Assembly (NCBI GenBank): GCA_000091205.1
Contig: AP006502.2
Length of the DNA: 64,000 nt
From: Cyanidioschyzon merolae
Lineage: Eukaryota
Direction: 5' to 3' (one strand)
This document shows positions 57,005 to 64,000 of this stretch, one piece after another (within the stretch, counting starts at the first letter, position 1; each line of letters begins with the position of its first letter). Below the pieces are notes generated by a model. It was not told the origin of the DNA and did no database searches. It saw only the letters and a program-made list of their open reading frames with translations. Position numbers and translations under genes: made by a program.

Positions 57005-57898
57005 TCATTCCTGGTTCATTCCCATCGGATGGAAGAACTGCTTCACCGGTGCGAAGGATCGACGATGGATGGGGCTGGGCCCGAGCTCACGCAGCAGCTC
57101 CAGATGCCGTGGAGTCGGATATCCCTTGTTGTCTGCAAACTCATAACCGGGGTAGTGTTTGTCCAGGTTCTCCATGAGTCGATCCCGAGTGACTTTGGCA
57201 ACGATGCTCGCCGCGGCAATGCTCAAGCTAGACGCATCGCCGTTGACGATTCCGAAGAACTCTGTGGCGGATGCGTTGTGCGCGTTCCGCTCATTTTCTC
57301 GTTTCAGTGTGGCCGGGAGCGATCCGTCAATAAGGGCAACTGCAGGCGAGCCGTTCCGCAGCGCTTGTAGAGCCTTCTGCATCGCGATCACGGTCGCTTC
57401 GAGGATGTTGACGGCGTCGATGACGTCCGCTTCGACGATGCCAACGCCCACGTCCACCCCAGTGCGCGGGTCCAACAGAAGATCGTAAATTTCGTCGCGA
57501 GCGAATGGAGAGAGCTTCTTCGAGTCGTTGAGGTTTTCGATCCAGAGGTCGCGCGGCAGAACGCACGCGGCTGCGACCACTGGACCGGCGAGGCTGCCGC
57601 GTCCGGCCTCGTCGACACCGGCCAAGCGGAAGGCATCCTCTCTGGAAGAACTGTAAAACGCACGCTCTAGCTCGCCTAAGAGATGAAGTCGATTCTTCTC
57701 TTTCTCGGTGAGCAGGTGGGTGAGGCGCGAGTCTCGACGCAGAATGCGGTACTCGGAGTCGTCGGAGAAGCCCCGCACGGTCACGTAGGTATGGGCTGCA
57801 GCTCCAAGTGCGCTCAGAGCACCCCTGCTTCTCCGCATTGCGCGCTTTGGAAACCGGCATGCACGGCACCACCGCGACAGAGAGACCAAATACGCCAT
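57005..57898 (-). CDS. Ribonuclease HII (bacterial RnhB type) with an N-terminal organelle-presequence-like extension
   Basis: The catalytic motif is GVDEAGRGSLAGPVVAAACVL, followed by DSKKLS ... . The N-terminal ~55 aa are Arg-rich (MAYLVSLSRWCRACRFPKRAMRRSRG). The ATG at 57896-57898 was verified. Confidence 0.8.
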   Translation of the reverse strand: MAYLVSLSRWCRACRFPKRAMRRSRGALSALGAAAHTYVTVRGFSDDSEYRILRRDSRLTHLLTEKEKNRLHLLGELERAFYSSSREDAFRLAGVDEAGRGSLAGPVVAAACVLPRDLWIENLNDSKKLSPFARDEIYDLLLDPRTGVDVGVGIVEADVIDAVNILEATVIAMQKALQALRNGSPAVALIDGSLPATLKRENERNAHNASATEFFGIVNGDASSLSIAAASIVAKVTRDRLMENLDKHYPGYEFADNKGYPTPRHLELLRELGPSPIHRRSFAPVKQFFHPMGMNQE

Positions 57899-59159
57899 GA
57901 CTGCGCTGCAAAAGCGGTATGTTCGTAGTTACATAGACCCAAGAGGAAAGACGTAGAGCTGGTGCAATGTGCGCCCGCGCCATGCCAGCGCTGTGAAACA
58001 TTCGCATCTGGAGATGTGCTGGTATGGGGCGCGCTTACTATCACCCGGTGCTGCGCTGAACGGGATCACGTCGGGACGACACACGCTCCGGCACGCTTCG
58101 AGTGTTCGTCGTTGTTTCCAGTTGGACCTGGTCGTGTCTCGCCACGTACGAAATCTCTGCTCTTTTGAGGGATGCCCGCCGGACGCGACGGCAACTCGTT
58201 CTTCGAGGCGTCGCCTCGTTGGCGCTGCCTCCAGCGTGTTACGCCCAAGCTCTGTTTGGTGTTGCTCAGGTGACTGGGCCAGTGGCGTCAGTCTGAGCAC
58301 TGTATTCTGTTGCCACGGTAAGCAACGTGTGTATATGTTTGTTTATGTACAGGGTGCAGAGCAGCGCGTTGCGGGATACCGTCCTGCCCTGGCTTGTTGC
58401 TGCTGGTAAGGTGCTGTGCGCTCTCTGGGCGCACGGTGCTCATTTGTCATAGGTTCTTCAGGGATTTGTTTTGCATCCATATGAGCTGGTCCTTTTGCTA
58501 CGGTTGCACGTAGCGTAGAGAGCTACAGGTCCGCTCCCGGGGCACTACAGGCGCTGCCAACCAAAAAACATGTGCTCGCGGGTACCAGGAGCACGAATAT
58601 GTTCGTGACGCTCCGAGGCTCTACTTCGCTCCGCGAAAAACTGGAAACGCTTTTGCGTTCTACAGCTTTCGCCTACGCTGAATACGGAATTCTTTATTGC
58701 TGACGGACCTGCGAAGTTACCTAGCTCCCGCGTATGCCCAAACTGTCGCCTACAACCTGGGCAGCACGCGCAGCTCCACATGCGTCAAGCGCTCGCAGTG
58801 CGGAACAGGATCCGCAGCTCGGGCACGAAGTGAGCAGCAACGGTATCTGCCCTGTATCGAAAAGGACGGTGAGTTGCTGCATCTTCTCGAACCAGAACAG
58901 AATTGATTGATGCGCGCGCCCAGTCATTCGATGAACGATCCTCAGGTGGTCCGTAGCATTCACATCATGGGCTGGGCATTTCAACGAAGCACCTTCAAAA
59001 CCGAGAGCCTGGTGCATGCCTGCATGCGGGGAGTTCCGATGGATACGCAGGGCCACGTTCGCATCTGTCGAGGCTGGACAGACGCCCACATTGATGGTCT
59101 CATCCGCGAATCGCATTGCCTGCATGGTGCCTGGAACGGCGTCCTGTGCCGGCCGGGGT

Positions 59160-59650
59160 TCCTATTCGGCTAAGACGATCGTACATACCGACTTGTCATT
59201 ACCAGAGCGCATGCGGAGTTGCTTCCGTATCCGGGTATCAAAGCAGCCTGTTCTTTGCGTTAAGGGCTCGGACAATGCCCAGCGAAACATTGAATGTCCC
59301 ACGACGGTAGAGTGTATAAAGACACCCGCGCGCAGACGCTTCCCAACGTTTCTGGACCCACCGACTGCTATCGGTTTCAATTTCTCTTTGCAAACTTGGA
59401 GCTTGAGAGGATGTCCCGCAAAGTTGGCTGGTACCAGCTCCCCGGGTTTCGTTTTCAGCACCGCACATCGTCGGATGCCGTTGACGTGTCGGTTCACGAA
59501 CTGCATGCGTTTATTGCATCTGATGGAACTCACCATTGCAAGGATTCCTAGAACTAGCGCCCTCTGTGCCACTACAGCCTTGTCATCGTCCGGTCGGGCA
59601 AACACCTTTTCTTGTCTGTCTCTCATCGTCATCTTCTTCCTCGTCACGTG
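59160..59650 (-). pseudogene. TnpB/Fanzor-like nuclease remnant, copy 3 (degenerate RuvC-III region)
   Basis: The ORF 59162..59647(-) contains RALVLGILAMVSSIRCNKRMQFVNRHVNGIRRCAVLKTKPGELVPANFAGHPLKLQ, which aligns to the copy-1 tail. The catalytic D is replaced by H, and there is a 2-aa deletion in NAAxNI. The nucleotide sequence is ~75% identical to copy 2. Confidence 0.4.
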
Positions 59651-59974
59651 CTTATCTTCGCTCGATGGTCGGCGAGATGAGGATTTTTTCGTTTTTTCGG
59701 CAGCCGGTGGCGGCGGTCCTCATGGTTCCCAACTGTCATGTCCATACGTTTCCCACGTCTTTTATATTTGAAAATGAACGCACTTCGAACACATCTGCGA
59801 TAAACGGCGAAACGGCATTTGATGACACGCACCGAGCGGTGACTCTCCAACGAGGTAAACGACTATAGGAGAGAGAACCAGCCTCGCTAGCGCCGATGAT
59901 CTCATGGCAGCATGCAAAGCGCACACGCTGCTTTCCTCACCTGCACAGTAACATGCATTGTGTGCAGTATCTCC

Positions 59975-60568
59975 TTAGCGATTCGCTTTGGCGACACGCT
60001 CGATTTCATCCTTCTTCTTGATGGCGAAGGAGTTTGAGCTCCCTTTCGCGGCGTTGATCAGTTCATCAGCCAAGCACTCGGCAATTGTTTTCACGTTCCG
60101 GAACGCGGACTCTCGCGCGCCCGTCGTGAGAAGCCAGAGCGCGACATTCACGCGTCGCAGCGGCGATACGTCAACAGCCTGGCGTCGAACCGTCCCCGCG
60201 GAGCCGATACGCGTCGAGTCCTCGCGTGGACCCGAATTGATCACAGCGTCCACGAGAATCTGCACCGGGTTCTGATCAGTGAGAACGTGCATGATTTCGA
60301 AGCAGTGTTTCACAATCCGAACTGCCATAAGTTTCTTTCCATTGTTCCTTCCGTGCTTCATCAGGGCGTTCACGAGACGCTCCACTATTGGGCACTGCGC
60401 CTTTTTGAAGCGTCGCGTCTGGTACCGCCCCGCCGTGTGCGGCAGGTACACTGCGTACTTCTGCTTCACAGCGATGTAGTCAGCCAGGGCAATATCTGAA
60501 ACCTCAACATCCTCCAGTGACCACTTATTAAAGAGAAGAATCTCACGAGCTGGGACCTGCGCCTCCAT
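59975..60568 (-). CDS. RPS5: 40S ribosomal protein S5 (uS7)
   Basis: It is near-collinear with eukaryotic RPS5 ([23 protein letters not shown] ... [31 protein letters not shown] ... [31 protein letters not shown]). The track start at 60616 is GTG; the first ATG is at 60566-60568. Confidence 0.9.
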   Translation of the reverse strand: MEAQVPAREILLFNKWSLEDVEVSDIALADYIAVKQKYAVYLPHTAGRYQTRRFKKAQCPIVERLVNALMKHGRNNGKKLMAVRIVKHCFEIMHVLTDQNPVQILVDAVINSGPREDSTRIGSAGTVRRQAVDVSPLRRVNVALWLLTTGARESAFRNVKTIAECLADELINAAKGSSNSFAIKKKDEIERVAKANR

Positions 60569-60988
60569 GGCGGCTGCTTTAGCACCAGCGAGGTTTCCGA
60601 GCGTCGGAACCTGCACGTCGTAGCTCTATCCTTGCCTTGCGGGGGTTGCGCGGCCGCAAGCCCATGGACGCCGCCGTAGGGAGGTGGTAGAGATCTTGAC
60701 AAAAAGGCAATTTAGTGGACGTTAAGGCCAGGTCTATCGCATGCGCAATCGGCTGGCCCTGGGGGCACCAGTGCTGGCCGAGCGCATTCTCTCTTGCGTG
60801 GTGCTGCGTCTCCGTCGACGCACAGACGCCAGGAGCCCTCTGTAGCGTCCTTGCGCCGACCAGTCGAGGGTGTTTCGGGAGCGTCCTTGTTGTTGGACGG
60901 GTACTCTGCTCGTTACCATGTCTACTGGACTCTGCGATATTTGATCTCCGTATACAGACATAGACTGCGGGAAAGATTCTCATAAACT

Positions 60989-62329
60989 ATGTCGATGGAA
61001 GGGAACGCCGACCCAGCGCTGGCCGCTCGGCAGTACCTGGAGCAGTGCACGGACACGTCGACGGCCGCTGTTCCACGAGAGCGACCAACCAAGGCGCTAC
61101 CTGTTCCGAGGCGTTGGCGAACTGGCGAAAGTGACGAGGCTGAACGTCTTCTCGCAGACGAGCTGCTTCTTCGATCACTCAGCGCGCTGCCGCAGAACTA
61201 TGACTTTGAAATCGCCAAAACGGTGGAACGCATACGCCGCGATCGGATCCAAAGCGTGGCGCTGCAGCTGCCGGAAGGCCTCCAAGTCTATGCATGTACG
61301 CTTGCGGACATTTTGCAGCGTCTATGTCAAACGAAGGGCAGCCATACCTGCCTGAAAGTCGTGATTCTGGCAGAAGTCACGTATGGAGCTTGTTGCGTGG
61401 ACGACCTTGCAGCCCAACGATGCGGTTGTGAACTCCTCATACATTACGGACATAGTTGTCTGGTTCCGATCCAGCATGCCTGCGTGCGTACCATGTATAT
61501 ATTTGTTCGCGTGTCCTTCGAAACGGAGCACTTGATCCAATGTATTATGAAAGAGTTCGAAGAGCGCTCTGAAAGGATCCGTTTGTACCTCGTGAGCACG
61601 ATTCAGTTTCAGGGCCTGTTGGGGACTGTTGCGAAGGCGCTGCGCGAACGGGGGCGTTTTTCGGAGATTTTTATACCACAAGCGCGTCCGCTGTCTCGAG
61701 GCGAGCTGCTCGGCTGTACAGCACCGATGGTATCAACCGAGCACGAGGCACAAGAGACGGTACCCTCGATTGGAGACTCGTGGGCAGTCCTGTACATAGG
61801 AGACGGTCGCTTTCATTTAGAGTCTGTGATGATTCAAAATGCCCATGTGGAAGCATTCTACCGCTATGATCCCTACGGGAAAACCTTGACAAGGGAATTC
61901 TACGATCATGACTCGATGGTGCGGGAGCGATGGGAGGCGATCGAAGCAGCTCGTCGGCCCAATGTTCGTCTCTGGGGGGTTATTTTGGGTACTCTTGGGC
62001 GGCAGGGGAACCTGAACATCCTCCGTCGAATTCTAGGCATGCTTCGGGAAGATTGTAAGCAGTACGTTGCGATCCTTTGCAATGAGGTGACACCGGAGAA
62101 GCTGCGCTTGCTCAGCGGCAGCGGCATCGACGTTTGGGTGCAGGTGGCATGTCCGCGGCTCAGTATCGACTGGGGTCGAAACCTGGCGCCGGACGGTGCC
62201 CCCGTTCTGACACCATACGAGGCCATGGTGGCCCTGGGTCGGGTTCCATGGCGAGGACGGCGGTATCCCATGGACTATTACGCTGGCAGCGGAGGCCCCT
62301 GGTCGAACTATTACCGTGATGGGTCATAG
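60989..62329 (+). CDS. DPH1: Diphthamide biosynthesis protein 1 (2-(3-amino-3-carboxypropyl)histidine synthase subunit 1)
   Basis: It carries NYDFEIAKTVERIRRDRIQSVALQLPEGLQVYACTLADIL, the VTYGACCVDD motif and the LIHYGHSCLVPI motif. The ATG was verified. Confidence 0.85.
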   Translation: MSMEGNADPALAARQYLEQCTDTSTAAVPRERPTKALPVPRRWRTGESDEAERLLADELLLRSLSALPQNYDFEIAKTVERIRRDRIQSVALQLPEGLQVYACTLADILQRLCQTKGSHTCLKVVILAEVTYGACCVDDLAAQRCGCELLIHYGHSCLVPIQHACVRTMYIFVRVSFETEHLIQCIMKEFEERSERIRLYLVSTIQFQGLLGTVAKALRERGRFSEIFIPQARPLSRGELLGCTAPMVSTEHEAQETVPSIGDSWAVLYIGDGRFHLESVMIQNAHVEAFYRYDPYGKTLTREFYDHDSMVRERWEAIEAARRPNVRLWGVILGTLGRQGNLNILRRILGMLREDCKQYVAILCNEVTPEKLRLLSGSGIDVWVQVACPRLSIDWGRNLAPDGAPVLTPYEAMVALGRVPWRGRRYPMDYYAGSGGPWSNYYRDGS

Positions 62330-63266
62330 TGTGGGCCAATGTGCCGATCGCATGTGCTGGTATCACCACGGACTAGGCCAAGGCTGTGAATATGCAGTAA
62401 ACCATGACCCAGATTTCTGAAGTGTGCGCTCAAACACACGACAGGTGCATTTACAAGATGTTGTCGGATAGGATAGCGCTGGTGATGGGTTATCGAGCGG
62501 CCCTATGAACCGCGTCACAGACGCTGTATCGTTTGCGCTGGTCGCAGCGATAATCCACCACGTTGTCTTCAGTTGCTTTCGAAGGCACCAACTTGCAAGC
62601 GTACGCATCAAACCGCTTTCCATGTGTGTTACGAATCGGGCCTCATGCGTTACTGACTGCGACACTGCGGGAACGCCTAAGGAGCAGGTATCCAGGCTGT
62701 TTTCGCACACACACGATGCGATACGGTCCAAAGCGCAAGATACGTACACTGTGCAATGCACTGAAAATTCGAGTGCAGGCTCAATTCAAGCAGCAACGCC
62801 GGATTCCTACCAAGAATCGATCCCGACGCAACCGTGTGCATCTTTTGGACTCTTGCACCACAAAAGGCGAAAAACATTCCCAATGCGGAGAGCGCATGGA
62901 GCGTCCCTGTTGAGCGCACTGGGCCGAGCCATCTATGACACCGGGCCGGGGCACCGCTGCATGCAGGACAACTCCTCGGCGGTGGCAGCATCTGCGTAAA
63001 GGCCAGACTTTACGCGGATTATTCACTTTCGGACCAAGCATCGTCATTGTCCGATGCAGCACCGTATTCGTTCGCATCCACATTGGTTGAATCCTTTTAA
63101 CATCGGGTCGAAACAAACCAGCAATTTTGCAGAGCTTCCGCACGTCGGCAGCCGCCCCCGCGCATCCGCTAACGGCATACTTCACGCGTCATCGCTGCGA
63201 GGCGCTTCCGCCGCTGTTGAACACACTTAGGTGGTGCTGGTTCTGGTAGTGGTGGCGAAGACGGCC

Positions 63267-63836
63267 CTATTGCACCTCAGATTTGCGCTTTGCTTCTTTT
63301 ATCAACGTTACCAGCTCTCCGCGCTCGTATGCCTCCATCGTCTCCGAACAACCGCCAATGTGCTTACCACCGATGAAGACGTTCGGAACCGTTCGTTGCC
63401 CAGTCCAGCCATATAAGAGGTTCTGTATCTCTATGCCATCGTTCCCAAGCTCGTCAAGTTCTATGATTTGAGCAGGTGCCTGAAGTTCTTGCATCAGACT
63501 TTTCACCTGGGCGCAGAAGCCACACCAGCTCTTGGAGAAAACAACCACCGGCTGGCTGGCAACCAGTTCCCGCAGCTGCTGCTCCAGTCCGGAGCTCGAG
63601 CTCATCGTCACCCGCTGCACCCTACACGCAAACCTGGTAACTCCCAGACCGACACCCTGCGTTTGCCGCTGAACAAACGTGTCGAGAGCACGTCTCGTGT
63701 ACGGTGTCACAGCAGGCGCACGCACCCACTGGTGCAGAAGCGCACGGTGGTACTGCATACCAGCTCGCAGCGCGTTGCACCTACCTGCTGCCACGAGGAC
63801 TCCAACACCTGCAAAGTTAAAGCAGATATGCCCCAT
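63267..63836 (-). CDS. Glutaredoxin (dithiol type, active site CGFC) with a possible N-terminal targeting extension; the core domain begins at the internal Met encoded at 63603-63605
   Basis: The Grx fold elements are present: VVVFSKSWCGFC, TVPNVFIGGKHIGGCSETMEAYERGEL. The ATG at 63836 and an in-frame ATG at 63605 give two possible isoforms, a 189-aa ORF or a 113-aa core. Confidence 0.75.
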   Translation of the reverse strand: MGHICFNFAGVGVLVAAGRCNALRAGMQYHRALLHQWVRAPAVTPYTRRALDTFVQRQTQGVGLGVTRFACRVQRVTMSSSSGLEQQLRELVASQPVVVFSKSWCGFCAQVKSLMQELQAPAQIIELDELGNDGIEIQNLLYGWTGQRTVPNVFIGGKHIGGCSETMEAYERGELVTLIKEAKRKSEVQ

Positions 63837-64000
63837 CGCAACCGCGAGCGTACGTCAGCTCCCTATGCCGCGAAGCCCGTCGTAGCTCGTTTACGCGGGC
63901 AGCACGGCGTCGTCAGCCTGCATCACGCCGCTGTCGCCTTCAGGCAGCCGCATCTGCGAAGCGCGCAGCCGTTGCGCCTCCATCGGCCGCCGGCCTCCAG

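Overview
This 64-kb window looks like nuclear DNA from a compact, GC-rich, intron-poor eukaryote (organism not determined). Nearly every recognisable gene is a single uninterrupted ORF, with about one gene per 3 kb. I can support roughly 17 host genes: MTHFR, cytosolic-type malate dehydrogenase, an ER-lumenal DnaJ ending in HDEL, coatomer beta-prime, a Pol5/MYBBP1A-like protein, a giant USO1/p115 tether (2454 aa), a DNAJB12/Hlj1-like membrane J-protein, a long RelA/SpoT homologue (RSH), bacterial-type RNase HII with a presequence, ribosomal protein S5/uS7, DPH1, a glutaredoxin, a Sec14/CRAL-TRIO protein, a tri-longin protein, a mitoribosomal CHCH protein and two to three orphans. The ORF track shows alternative initiators (GTG/TTG, confirmed) as 'M', so I re-derived several start coordinates to the first in-frame ATG. 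The most interesting content is a family of three degenerate TnpB/Fanzor-like RuvC-nuclease remnants (OMEGA-type, the eukaryotic relatives of Cas12). They lie at about 1.75-3.0 kb (+), 21.8-22.1 kb (-) and 59.2-59.65 kb (-). Copy 1 retains RuvC-I (DPG), RuvC-II (DESRTS) and RuvC-III (NRDCNAAINI). It sits with a Sec14-like gene inside a ~5.2-kb unit bounded by ~580-bp near-identical inverted repeats (1049-1632 and 5634-6214). Other notable items are an 83-bp x ~4.4 minisatellite upstream of the Pol5-like gene, a 114-bp x 2.7 coding tandem repeat inside USO1, several CAG/CTG and other microsatellites, and three ~3-kb stretches with no convincing ORF. I recognised no rRNA, tRNA or CRISPR. Product calls come from motif-level recognition of the translated ORFs, not from database searches.
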